DNA of 64,000 nucleotides, taken from positions 361,212,001-361,276,000 of the forward strand of contig OZ024740.1 in NCBI GenBank assembly GCA_964016885.1. The letters are read 5' to 3'. Positions within the stretch are counted from its first letter, which is position 1. Each line of letters opens with the position of its first letter. Shown piece after piece: positions 1-12,918 of this stretch. The position numbers and the translations under genes were made by a program. This stretch comes from Eledone cirrhosa (taxonomy: Eukaryota). Under the pieces are notes generated by a model. It did no database searches. It was given only the letters and a program-made list of their open reading frames with translations, and was not told where the DNA came from.

Positions 1-15
1 AAAAACACGGCATTC

Positions 16-52
<37 letters not shown>

Positions 53-779
53 TGCTCCCCCTCTATATATAAAGTGAGCATAATGAACGGACAGACAGTG
101 CCTTTATTATAATATAGGTTTAGAGTAACTTAGTAAATGATCAGGTTGACTTTGACATTAAGTTGTTGTTTGGAACCTAATATAGCAAAATACTGTTTAA
201 CGCTATTGATACCAAACCACCGGTGGTACTATGGTACAAAACTGTTTCTAAAAACCTTCCCATCATAATTCTTTGTACCTACCTTTATTAAGTTATGTTC
301 CAAACATGAGCTTAATAATGCAAAAGTTAGGTAAAGTTACATAACTAAATTCTACAAAATTCTTAATTGTTTTAAATAGTGGAAAATAATATTTAAAACT
401 GGGTGAGATTCTGTGACTTATTGTTAGGCAGTGTAATTCCTTAGATCTATGGTAACAAAATGGTTCATGTTTAATGCCCTAGACAATTTAGCTGATTTAA
501 TCTATCTGCAAAGCTGTACCAGAGGGATGGTTTTGTTAGCCCTGACTAGGCAAACATATAACATGTATGTATTTGATCAAATAACTGGGTGTGATTCTCT
601 AATCTATTGTTCTAGATATACTATGTTTCCCTTGCCTCTAGCTGGTGTGGACTAATAATGTTTAGTGCCAAGAAGGGCTTCGGACTTTAAAACATTGCCT
701 CAAAAAGGACTCCACGATGCATATAAAACCTGTCAAGGGACTTACATGTCTAATACCTGCTTTAGCAGGGAAAATGGCT

Positions 780-991
780 TTAACCCTTTTGCATTTACAT
801 TACTCTATATTTACTATTATATTTTTATGGGGAAAGCTTTATCTTACATACTTATCTCTCATAATATTGAATCTATGAGATTTTGAGTACAATACCTTAA
901 CATCAGTATGAGCAGCCAAATACAGCCAGTTTGAACAGAAAGAGGTGAGAATTCTGGTCGGATATGGCCGGTTTAAATGTTAAAGGGTTAA
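780..991. mobile_element. piggyBac-type MITE (TTAA-flanked, short terminal inverted repeats)
   Basis: Starts TTAA-CCCTTTTGCATTTA (780) and ends TAAATGTTAAAGGG-TTAA (991): TTAA on both sides, imperfect CCCTTT TIRs, no ORF. Its interior recurs at about 18965-19145. Confidence 0.6.
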
Positions 992-1812
992 AACCTGCTG
1001 TAGTTTGTGTGTGTGTATCTGCGTATTTGTACTTAAAGTAAGCAATTATGGTAGCTCATACTCAATCAAGTACAAGCTGAAAGCTAGCTCCATTTAATCT
1101 TTCATAAATATATAACTGCAGCACTACAAGATAAAATTTATCATTCGTGGATTGTTTTTCAGCTAATTAATTAAACAAACTTGAATTACACCACTAAGCC
1201 AGCCATTATAATGATCTTCCTGTTAGCTCTCAGAATAGGTGCCATTGCATAACATCTGCTGAAATCCAAACTGTGAATGCTGGAATTTGTGTCATTAATA
1301 ATCATGATAGGAAGTGACAATAATATTTAATAGTTTAGTAATATTGTACAAGCAGATTACATGTCGCAGCTGTTTGCCTCATTAAAAAAAAATATGGTTC
1401 ATCCTGTTATTAACATTCAACATCATCATCATCGTTTAACATCTATTAACATGAGTTAGACAGGTTGTCCCATTTGAGGCAAATCTGGTCAGGTGACTGT
1501 CTTGATCATACAGAACTGTTTCTGGCTTGGTTTCTACAGCTGCATGTCCTTCCTAACGCCAACCACATTTACAGTGTGTGCTGAGTGCTTTTTGTCGTGA
1601 CACCTACACGACCACTTTACATTGTGGGCTGGGTGCTTATTGTGATGACACCAAAATGACCTCTTTACAGTGTGGACTGGAGACTGAGTGGGTGGGTGAA
1701 AAGGCGTGGGAGAAGGGTGAGTTGATTAGGATGTGGGTAGAGGGGTTTATTTTTAGCCAAGTACTACTCCTGCACTTGCCTCACAGGGAACAGAGCATCC
1801 ATGGTACTTTTA

Positions 1813-2960
1813 CCTTGTGCAAGTCCAAACTGCATTCCATCTAGGTTCACTAGGTCCCTAATCAGCTGTGCTATATCTCTTTCTTTAGCCTTCATGACCT
1901 GGTCAACCAACTCGATGCCTCTATAGTTTTCTCTGTCTAGATCATCTACTTTGCCCTTTTAGCAGTTGACAATAATGCTGCTACATTGGTCGTTGGATAT
2001 GGCACCGTTTTGTATTACTTGGTTTATAATATGGGTGGCTATGACATGACCCACCATCCCAGATGCTTTCAGTGTCTGAGCAACTACCCCCAAAGGTCCA
2101 GCTGCTTTGCTTGTCTTCATATCCTTGATTGACTTGCTATACTACTGCTTACTTGCACAGCTAGTCCCCCTGTTGGGTTAATTTTGGGCAAACTATCTTC
2201 TTCCCATTCATTCCCCTCATTTAGTAGTCTTTCATAGTGGTACTTCCATGCTACCTTCTCTTCAACATCAGTGAGGGCGAGTACTCCATTATCATCATGG
2301 ACACACTTCTCCCCAACAACATTACAACATTCCCTTATACACTGCTTCACAAACCTGAACACCTCACGCCTTTGGTCCACGCGTTGCAGAACATGCTTAA
2401 TTTTTTTATTTTCTGCTTCCCTTCTTACAAAATAGACTTTTCGCCTACCTTCTCTCCTAGTAGTGTTCTCTACTTCCCCCATCCTGTCTTTCGGCCTTAA
2501 TTGTCTCCTCTACTCTACTGTTCCACCACCAAGTCGCTCTCCTTCTCTCTAGAGACCTGCTCTAACCACAGATTTCGTTTGTCACTTTCAGTAGGTTATC
2601 CATCAGGAATTCCCATTTCTTCTCTATATTGTATGTTTCTATTTGCTCTTCTTTACTGTCAAAAGCATCAAGCAACATATCTCTAAATTTGTTACTGGCT
2701 ACGGGGTCTTTTAGCTTCCACATACTTCTTCAGGTTGTCTTCTGTCATCAAGTTCATCTAGCCCTAACTACTAGGTTATGTTTTGAAGTGCATTCTTCAC
2801 CAGAGGGGGATTTGTATTTACAGCTGTCACTCTATCTCATCATCTGGTAAGGATAAAATATATCTGGCTGGTATTGCCTCATTTTTTGTAGTTCATGTTA
2901 CAGATAGATAGATCATTGGCATCACAAAATTCCAAATACCTGAAGCCTTCCCCATTCCTA
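1813..2960 (-). mobile_element. Degenerate RTE-clade LINE fragment (end of APE domain to start of RT)
   Basis: ORF 2117-2482 (RRKVYFVRREAENKK...[14 protein letters not shown]) is colinear with the RTE ORF at 56301-58067. Frameshifted and truncated. Confidence 0.8.
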
Positions 2961-3699
2961 CCACCAAACACTATATACAGATACACTATACATAAACATA
3001 TATATTTATGTATCTGTATAGGCAATTTTGGAGAAATAACTATTTACAGGGACAGATATAGAGTTAGAACCCAGGACCTTGTGATTGGAAAGTGAACTTC
3101 TTATTGTAGCAACATAATTGATATAGAGAATGCATTGCGTGTATGTTTGTGTATGTAAATTCTAAAAAGTTGCAGATGGATATATATACATATATATATA
3201 ATATATAATATATATATATATATATATCATCACCATCATCATTACCACTGTCACCACCATCATCACCACTGTCACCACCATCATCATCATTTTTGCACGC
3301 TTGCATGAGTTATATGGGTTGTTGCATTACGAAACATGTCAGGTGAGGTGACCATGTCTTACTCATGTGGATTTGTATATTGGCTTGGTTTCTCAGGCTG
3401 GATGCCCTTCCTAACACCAACCACATTATAGTGTTTTTTATCATGGCACCAAAACGACCATCTAACAGAGTGGACTGGGGTTTTTTTGTTGTGTCACCAT
3501 CTTGACCACCTTACAGAGTGGACTGAGTGCTTTTTTTGTCATGTCACCATTACGACCACCTTGTAAAGTGAAGTTAGTCTTTTTTTTTCGTGTCACCAGC
3601 GCAACCACCTTACAGGGTGCTTTCCTTTTTTCTCATGTCACCAGCACAACTGCTATAGAAGGTGGACTGGCAGACATATACATATATATATATATATGG

Positions 3700-3860
3700 G
3701 TAAATGTGGTTGGTGTTAGGAAGGGCATCCAGCTGTAGAAAACCCGCCAGACAGTCCTATGCGAGCAAGACGATCACTCTTGCCTCAAGTGGGAAAAACC
3801 CCCGTCCAAACCCATGCAAGCGTGGAACACGGACGTTAAACGTTGATGATGATGATGATA
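3700..3860 (+). mobile_element. RTE LINE 3' tail fragment
   Basis: GGTTGGTGTTAGGAAGGGCATCCAGC...CCCATGCAAGCGTGGAACACGGACGTTAAACG(ATG)n matches the 3' end of the RTE copies at about 54590 and 58394. Similar tails at about 12140-12330 and 17060-17395. Confidence 0.75.
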
Positions 3861-3861
3861 T

Positions 3862-4790
3862 CTTTTCTTAGCCCACATATTCATGGGAGGGTCACGGGGT
3901 CAGAGTTCTCAAGCATGCCTTCCAGTGATTCCTGTCAGAAGCAACTACCTCCAATTGATCTGGCTAGATCGCCAAGTGTGACCAGCCGAGCTCATGGACG
4001 TTATCCAACCATCTTGCTTGGGATCTAGCCTATGTCTCCTGCCAGTTGGTTTTGCCTGTAAAATCTGTCCAGTTATTCTCATTTTAGACATTCTGACCAC
4101 ATGTCCGTAGTATCAGTGCAGTGATCTCTCAATTCGGAGAAGTAGTGACTCTATCTGGAGCAACTCCCTGATCTGTGAGCTATGCACTCTATTAAGTTAT
4201 GTTACTCCAAAGACCCTTCCAAGGAACCCCATTCAGTTGCTTGTACTCGCAATCATATTCTTTCGGTCATTACCCAAGATTCATGACCATAGGTAAGGGT
4301 TGACATGAATACCAAATTGAAGATAGCAAATGTGGCTTTTTCACCTACCTCATTTCTTCTGATGACTGAATGATGAAGCTGGCTCATTAATGCACCACTT
4401 GCTGAAATTCTTGCACTTAATTCAGGCTCCTGCCTTCCATCACTCATGAACACGGTCCCAAGATACTTGAACTTCTCAACCTTCAGTGGAACTCCACTCA
4501 CGTGTAGAGTGCATTATGGAAACTTTCTTGAGAAGACAAGTGTCACAGTCTTTGCAGCAGATTTTGATTCCTGCTGTGCAGTACTCACCAGCAAACCTAT
4601 CCAGTGCATATTGGAAATCACCTCTTGACAAGTTAAGTAGACCCATGTTGTCTGCAAATTCTAGCTGACTGATCCTACACTCACCAGTCCTGATACCACT
4701 TCCAACCCAGCTGTGCATGTCAATCCTGTTCATGAAGATTATGACAGGAGTGGTGACAGTACACACCCTTGGAGTTATCATACTATTGTT
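3862..4790 (-). mobile_element. Degenerate non-LTR retrotransposon RT C-terminal fragment (second LINE family)
   Basis: Minus-strand ORFs contain LEFADN (YADD-like), KVEKFKYLG and LTYGHESWVMT, broken by frameshifts. Confidence 0.7.
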
Positions 4791-5060
4791 GTGATATAAG
4801 GATACCTACATGTAAGGAGTAAATATTTGTTGTTATTTTCATACCTATAAATCTACAACCCACCATTCACATACAGCTATCTATAAAATTCTGTTCCAAA
4901 TTGTCTCGTCCAACACATGCTAGCTTGAAAAGACATGGAAAACTGATGATGTTGATGATTGTTTTAATTTCATCTTTAACTCTTTCTCTTGCATTATCTA
5001 TATATATATATATACATTTTTTTTATGTAAATGTCTCTCTCTCTCTCTCTCTCTCTATAG

Positions 5061-5126
5061 GTATAAATGTCGCTGTAGTTTCAGATGTTCCCCAGAATCT
5101 TACAACTCCTTATCAATCATGGGAAG
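5061..5126 (+). CDS. Probable upstream exon of the ankyrin/SOCS-box gene (candidate start ATG 5119: MGS...)
   Basis: Pyrimidine tract + TAG at 5058-5060 and donor AG|GTAAGA at 5126/5127. ATG GGA AG joins T TTT ATA AAA of the 6485 exon in the correct phase. The whole 66-nt exon is open in this frame, so the true start could lie further upstream. Confidence 0.55.
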
Positions 5127-6484
5127 GTAAGACTTCAGTCTTTGTTGTTGTTATTGTTGCTTTGTTACAGCTCACACCTATGCAAATTTAGCTGGCCACT
5201 TACTGAATTTCTTCTTATAGGAGGCCCCATCAGTGTTCCAAAGAAAATCTATCCAATCCTTTCACACACACATGCATATATGTTGTTAAAGCCCACAAAT
5301 ATGCAGGTTTAGCTGACCTTCCACAAGGTTCCATCTTATAGTAGGACCTCTCAGGTGTTTTAATGATAGAGAACCCATCATTATTGGCAGAGTCATTAGC
5401 GTATCTGATTAAATGCTTCAATATTTGTCCCAGCTCACTTTCCTGTTGGTAATTGAAGTACCAGTCCAAGGGCAGTGAATTTGCAGAATTGTTAAAGAGT
5501 TGAACAGGATGTATTGCAGTATCTGATCCAGCATTGTGCATTCTGAGTTCAAATCATGCCTCCTTTTCTTAGGAGTTGTGACTAGCTGAAAATATCAGTA
5601 ATTGAAAGCCCAATGAAAACATTGTTTCCTTGGTCCGATCTGATGATCAAGTAGTTCCTTTTATTGTTGTCATTGAGTGGCTCTACTGTGTTATAGCTTT
5701 CCTAAGGCACACTTATATTGTAGAAGTTGCAATGCTTAATTATTTTGTCTACTATTTATTCTGAGATGGACAAACATTGTCCTTATTCATCACTACATAA
5801 GGTTAATATCAGCATCATAATCATCAATGCTGGCATGGGTTAAACAGGTTGTCATGTTCTGAGGTTAGACATGTCAGATAACTGCGACATGTCAGATAAC
5901 TGCATCTTACTTGTATGTTCCATTCTGAATGGTTTCTATGGCTGGTTGCCCTTCCTAACGCCAATGACTTGATGGTCATGGTGTGTACTGGATGCATTTT
6001 ATCATGGCACTGCTACTACCACCTGACTGTCTATACTTGGTGCTTTTTATCGGAGCACCAGCACTACCACTTTACAGTGTTGAAAATAGCAGGAAAGAAG
6101 CTAGGAAAATATCAGTGTTCAGAGATAATTGACAAATCTACCACATTGTAGATAGTGGATATGATCAGGTAGGTTTTGGTTGTTGGGATATATGGTTGAG
6201 TGGCTGGAAATCTGTCCTACACGCATGCACTTGTAATCACTGAGTTTTGGATGAGTGCACCTGCAACATATATAATCAATGAGTGCAGCTAAATGGCAGT
6301 AAGGAATTTGTAGAAGGAAAAGTTTCTGCTCCATTATCCTACAGAAATGCTAAGAGAAGAAAGAAGTAGTATGATGGCATGTTTTTTTTTTTTGTGTGTA
6401 ATTTGTGCCAATGCATGTGCATATGTGAGAGTTTTGTTGTATTTGTGTTTCATTTATTTATCTTTATTTTTTATTTATTTCCAG

Positions 6485-7694
6485 TTTTATAAAAGATGCT
6501 GCTGGTAAAAATGATACGGACTTACTGCAAGTTGCTCTGTCTGGTTTCCATGGAGAGTTCTGTAATGATGACCTTAATGAAGCACTAATAAGAGCTGCAA
6601 CCTATGGTCATTATGAATGTGTACAACTGTTATTAGATGCTGATGCTGATGTGGACACTGTAGATTTGGATGGTGATTCCAGTCTGATATTAGCTTCTTC
6701 AAAAAACTTTCTCAAAGTTGCCAAACTTTTGATTACATATGGCTGCAACATTAACTTGGCCAGTCATTGTGGGCAAACTGCCCTCCATATGGCTGCCTAC
6801 CATGAAAACAAGCAATTGGTTGAGTTGCTCTTGAGCACCAGCAGTGATGTCAATCTAAAGAATCGCTATGGTGACACACCTTTAATCTTGTCTGTTATGG
6901 TCAACAACTTTGAGATAACCAAATTACTAATTAAATCTGGTGCAGACATCAATGCAGACAACTTGGATCAAGCAACTTCACTTCATTTTGCTGCAAAGAA
7001 CGGAACTGTGAAATTAGCAGAGTACCTCATAAACTCCGGTGCTGATATCAATGCTCAAAACTTCTGGGGCCACACACCACTTCTACAAGCCTCTATGGAG
7101 AACCATCCTGAAATGGTACAGTTGCTTATTGACTACAATTGTGATGTTCACTGCTCGTGTCATGCCAAGAAGACACCATTGCATTATGCTGCAAACAAGG
7201 GACATACTGAATGTGTAAGGATTTTACTGGCAGCAGGATGCAATCCCAACAAATGTGATTTTCATGGCAGTACACCATTGATGGAAGCTGCTGTGTATGC
7301 CCGCACTGATGTCATAAAGTTGCTTCTTCATGCTGGGGGGGATGCTACAATTAAAGGGGGTACAGCACTAGCTGGTAGATGGACAAAAGCTCTTCCATTC
7401 AGAGCAGCTCTGTCCCATGGCAATCTTGAACTGACAAAAGTTCTCTTTCTTGCTGGCGGGATCAGTCTTTCGGAACTTCAGTCAGTAGTGCACTCAGGGG
7501 TTATTTCGAAACAAACAGAAAGCATTGTGATAAAAGAATGGCTACAGCAGGTAGCCTCCACACCACTTGCCCTCTCACACTTGTGTCGCTTGATTATTCG
7601 TCAGTCAATGTGTGCACCAGTGGCGAAATGGACTCATCTTCTTCCCATTCCCAAGACACTCCAGGATTACTTGAACTATATGGACATACAATGA
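6485..7694 (+). CDS. Ankyrin repeat and SOCS box-containing (ASB-like) protein, main/terminal exon
   Basis: Acceptor TTTCCAG| at 6484, open frame to TGA at 7692-7694. About 8 ankyrin repeats (GQTALHMAA, GDTPLILS, GHTPLLQA, KTPLHYAA, GSTPLMEAA) and a C-terminal SOCS box (PLALSHLCRLIIRQSM...LPIPKTLQDYL). Confidence 0.92.
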
Positions 7695-8174
7695 ATTACA
7701 CTTTAATGTAACATCACTGCCAACATGTAAACATACGAAAGCCTTCTGTCTGTAATGCTGGAAAACCAGTGAGAAGTGGGTTTGTATGATACACAAACAC
7801 ACAAAATTACTGAACTTCAAATAAATTTCATTTTCTGTTTTCTTTTTTAGGTTTTTTTCAAACATAATTTTTGATTGTGAAGAATTTAATAAAAAATAAA
7901 AAAAATAAAAAACTGAAGTACATTTAGAAAATATGATCATGTGTATACATCATCATCATAATTATCATTCAGCATCCATTTTCCCTGCTATCAAAGGTTG
8001 GGTGGGTTGCAACAAACCAAGTCAGTACTCGTGGGGCTACTGACTTCCAAGATGGGTCAGGGGCCTGCATCTTACAAAAACTTCCATGATCTACTGGGTG
8101 CATTTTATCATGGCACCAGCACTAGGGAGGTTGTCATGTTTTTGACACAGCTAAAGTCAACCCGACTCTTTGTT

Positions 8175-8232
<58 letters not shown>

Positions 8233-8299
8233 ATCATCGTTTTTCCATGCTTGAATATGTTGGCCTTTCTCTTCAAATTCAGAAAATATTTCCACCACC

Positions 8300-8730
8300 A
8301 ACTACAAACTAGTCCTCTATAAAGCTCAGGTGGCCCATATCTGGAGTAGTGCTGCTGCTACTACTACACACTGATATCCTAGGCCACATCCAGAGAAATG
8401 CTTGGCACAGTCACTAATCAACACACTCTAACTTCTAGTCCACACAATTGCTGTTTCCTCTCTCTGCCACTGCTACCACTACTATAATAACATCTTCCTT
8501 AGAGCTGGTTTGTCACAATTCAATTCCACTCAGACACTTCCAACTCGCTTGTCTCTTTCTTATCACACATAGTGTGTCAAATGAACATTAACCACTATGC
8601 CCAGTCCTTCCTTCCCAGAATGTCAACCCCCTGCACTTGATTTTTTTTCTATAGCTATTGATGTGCAAGTGTTCAAGAGGAACATCATCATTTAATGTCT
8701 TCTTTCCTTGCTAGCATTGGACATTAACTA
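8300..8730 (+). mobile_element. CR1/L2-like LINE 3' relic
   Basis: CTCTATAAAGCTCAGGTG...CATATCTGG (LYKAQV..HIW) and TCCTTCCTTCCCAGAA; same family as 15540-16150 (-), 19330-19580 (-) and 36550-36850 (+). Confidence 0.55.
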
Positions 8731-9061
8731 TATAGAACTCACAGAGGACCTGTGAAAGACATCCAAACCAAACAAATAAAAAATAGGTCACCAAGTTAAT
8801 TACTAAAGACGACAGTTTCAATTAATTAATGAACACTGGCTATTAAGTAGTTTTATTTATAGAACTTACCTATTTTAAGATTGAAAATATTTAGACAAGA
8901 ATTTGTCAACTAACAACATTGTTTACATGAATCAGTAGGAAGACAACCACCAATACTATTACCACAAAACACCACTACCACTATTACTACTATCACCAAC
9001 AAAACATAACTGTTTACACAGATTGAAACGAACATAAAATGCAGTTAGTTAATGACCATAA

Positions 9062-9322
9062 CTGAGTACTGAAAACACACCTCATCCTCAGTAATTTGTT
9101 AATTAATGTCAGCTTAGCAATGAAAAAAACAACTGGTCCTCATCGGTCTGTTAGTCAGTGTCACATTAGCTGAGCAATGAAAACATCTCTGGCCATCAGC
9201 AGTCTGTTAGTAATGCTTTAGCTGAGCAGTGAAAACACGATTCTAGCCCACAGCAGTCTGCTAGTGTCACTTTAGCTGAGCAGTGAAAACACACCTCTGG
9301 CCCTCGGCCATCTGTTAGTCAG
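9062..9322. repeat. Degenerate minisatellite, about 5 copies of a roughly 50-bp unit
   Basis: Recurrent CTGAGCARTGAAAACAC...GGCC.TC.GCAGTCTGTTAGT unit. Confidence 0.75.
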
Positions 9323-9784
9323 GCTGGTTTTGAGACCCAGTCCACTTCTTGTATGATAGGACACTTTCAATACCAGAAATAGATGAATGTTAAATAAGAT
9401 GGCAATAAACACAGAATGTGCAGAGCTCTGATTAGTTAACTCTTTTAAGGCTGCAGAGAGGATGGTGATCAGAAATTGTGCATCAAGATAGTATGCAAAG
9501 CTGATAGTAAAGGACTGAATTCATTTTTAGTATCACATTAGTTTTTCCATATATCTATTGTATGTAACAGAATGTGACTGGCTGAGCTGTAGAAATCTGC
9601 AAATTATATCCTGTTAGCACCAAGAAATATTTCAAGTCCCAAAATAACACAATTTTTAGTTTTCTGTATCTTGTTTCTTTGTTCAGTATTGCATATCTAA
9701 TTACAGACTGGTTCTTGCACAAGTTATTTAAATTTGCACAGCAAAACGGATTTTTTAAAAACAATATTTGTCATTGCCTCTCAA

Positions 9785-9975
9785 TAATTGTTTCTACTTT
9801 AGGCACAAGGCCAGCAATAACCCAGTTCATTACTGGTACTTTATTTTATCGACCCCCATAAAGATGAAAGGCAAAGTTAACCTCGGTGGGATTTGAACTC
9901 GAACCGTAAAGGGACGTAACTATGCTAGAAAGCATGGCGTCCAACCCTCTACCGATACTGCCAATTCACCGCCCT
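9785..9975 (-). mobile_element. tRNA-derived SINE family A copy
   Basis: On - strand: GGCAGTATCGGTAGAG (A box), GAGTTCAAATCC (B box), TTTGCCTTTCATC body and AGTAGAAACAATTATT tail. Confidence 0.75.
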
Positions 9976-12751
9976 TTTTGCCTCTCAATAATGATGTATC
10001 ATCATACCTAGGATTTACACTCACACTGATCATGAAGAATTTTTCTGACTGTCACTTCCTCTGTATTAATTACACATTTGAAGTTATTTATTTTATTGTG
10101 GATAGGAATTTGAGATTAACTCCAAATTATATCCCTTCTCCATTCTGATGTAATCTGAGTGTATACTAACTATCTATCATATAATATATTAACATTCATA
10201 TGTACATGAACATATTCTCATTGTCAACAACGATTCCAAGATTTCTGAAATGCTGCATAGAATGGAGAAAGGGTCGTAAGTTCAATCTTCAAAACCCCTG
10301 TATACATGGCAAAACTGTGTTGAGACAACAAGAAGCTTGCACCATTGCATAGAGATGTCAATCTATTGATGTTGACCAACCGAGATTACATGTTGAGCAC
10401 TCAAAAGTCTGCCACACACATGTACACAAGTGCATCTTCTTAATCTTTGTGGCAGTTTACAATAGTACTGCTACAATGGGCATGACACTATCTTGTACTA
10501 CTTAACTATGCATCTGACTAGCTTGTACACTACTATCCTGGATGTTTTTAGCCTCTCAGCAACTATGTTGGATGGCCCAGGTACTTGCCCTACCTTTGTA
10601 ACTAATTGCTTTGTCTATTATTACATTGGTCAACTTTTATGGCTGATTCCTTCTCTAGATTGGTTTTTGTCTAGTCCTTGCTCTAAGGTCACTGATAACT
10701 AATTTGTGTTGAGAAGTACATCCTTTACTATAAACTTTAGGAGCATTGGCCTGTCCCATTAAGAAGGGCATCCAGTCACAGAAACTATGCCAAAGGCCTG
10801 AGAGAAATCTTCAGTCACATCAAGGACATGAAAATCTCTTTAGTGCTGGTGCCATGATAAAAATGTATTAAGGACATCCAATTGTAGAAACCATGCCAAA
10901 CAAAGGGTTGATAAAAATCTTCAGTTGCATCATGGACATAATTGCTCTAGTGCTGGTGCCATGATAAAAGGTACCCATTACACGTTGCAAACGTATCATT
11001 AGGAAGGACATCCAGCAATAGAAACCATGATCCTCTAATCCATGTAGGAAAACAATAACTCTGATTAAATACTGACTTACTCAGTTCATGCTAGCATGGA
11101 AAAGCAGACATAAATGTGAGGATGGTGTTTCAATTTATACAGGTTAAGTAATTTGAAATATTTACACACAAGACCTCAACTACAAACAAAATCTAATACC
11201 TATAGATGATTATTATTAACACTGCAGTTTTTCTATAAATAACATTATCATTAGCAATAATACATTTATTCCACTGTCCTTTGAATTACAGATACAGTCT
11301 ATCAGATGGGTTTCTAAACCACAGGGTATACTAGGTGCATTTTATTGTGGCACCAGCACTAGTGAGTTTTCCTTGGAACCCACTACTGTTCACTGAAGGC
11401 AACATGATCCAGAGGATGGATGAAAGAAACAGCTAAGATAGGCCTGGGTGAGGGTATGATGAGAATGAGGTGGCAGAGACAAGGTAGGTGGTAATAGATG
11501 AATCAGGAATGGGAGAGGCCGTGTGGAGTAGGTAGGAGAGAGGAAATGATGGCTGACGGCATAGAGTGGTAGTTAAATGAATGGATGTGGGGTAGGAGCT
11601 GAATATGGACAAAACTAAAGCTATTCCTTAAGTTGGTGGCATTGTTGAAGCAGGCATTAGAGAGATCCAAAGCAATCTTTAGGTCACATGGGCAGTATTG
11701 TGCAGTGAGAATTAAAATGAGAGAGGATCAAATCAATGTCAGATAGGGTTTTATTTTACATTCACTTTTCATGTTAGCATGTGTTGCTCTGGTCCAAGGC
11801 TGGATGGCTAGGGGGTGTTTTTCTGCCTCAAGCTATTTTACCCAATTTTCTAAGTTATTTATAGTGACTGACTGTTACAGTTATTTTCTGTGTTTGGGAT
11901 TCCAACATTTTCAAAAATTTAAAATTGCCCAACACCTAGATAATTTATCAAAACTTGTTTACATTCAAACTGCTTGGTATAGCTATCTAAATTTGCAGTC
12001 AGCTGCTCCTTAGTTTAATGGTTAAAGCACTCGTCTGGAATTCAAGAGATACAGAGTTCCATTCTCCATAGTGGCTGCTAGCTACTTTTTCCTTCCCTAG
12101 GGAGTATCTTACTCGATTTTCTAAGCTATTATTTTTTTACCGTGTAGGTAACACGGTAAAAACCTCCCAGTCCACACTAAATGTGGTTGGTGTTAGGAAG
12201 GGCATCCAGCCATAGAAAACCTGCCAGACAGTCCTATACGAACAAGACAGCCAATCTTGCCTCAAGTGGAAAAATTCCCGTCCAAACCCATGCAAGCGTG
12301 GAAGATGGACGTTAAACGATGATGATGATGATTATTTATAGCCTGTTGCAATTATTTTCTGCATTTTCACGTATGTATATATCATCATCATCATCATTTT
12401 ATGTCCGCTTTTTCCTGCTTGCACATGTGTGTGTGTGTGTGTGTGCCCAGTAACATGGAATTTTGAAAAAAAAATAAACAATAAAATAAGTACTGGGGTA
12501 AATCAAGGCAGTGGTCCAGCATGGCCAGTCTAATGACAACCAGTAATAATAAAAAAAGCTACTTTAAAAAAGACCCATATAAAACAGTTAAAAAATGGTT
12601 AACTTTTACTTTATTCATCATTCTCCTCTGTGTTATCATTATTATTATTATTAGTAGTAGTAGTAATTGTCTATAACGGAGCAGCAAAAAAAATATAGAA
12701 AACCACAAAAAAAAAAATAAGATGCCCCGCCCGTCCAATAACACATCCCGG

Positions 12752-12918
12752 CTACAACTGGTCGAGAAAATGCGGCTGTCCATCGTTTGCTAGTCGTTGG
12801 GTCAACACTTCGCAGCCAGTGTCAGTAACAAGAAGAGTATGTTCAAACTGAGCTGATCTTTTACCATCCAGAGTGACAGCAGTCCAACTATCAGGCCAGG
12901 TTTCATCTCTCCAGGTGC
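12752..12918 (-). CDS. METAP1: METAP1 exon 13 (terminal; [31 protein letters not shown]...HFLDQL*)
   Basis: Acceptor TTCATTAAG|, SAQFEHT motif, TAG at 12754-12752. Confidence 0.93.

Noticed and set aside
12002-12080. tRNA-like sequence (TAGTTTAATGG...GAGTTCCATTCTC)
   Set aside because: No clean cloverleaf; more likely a decayed SINE head. SINE A and B heads were likewise not called tRNA genes.
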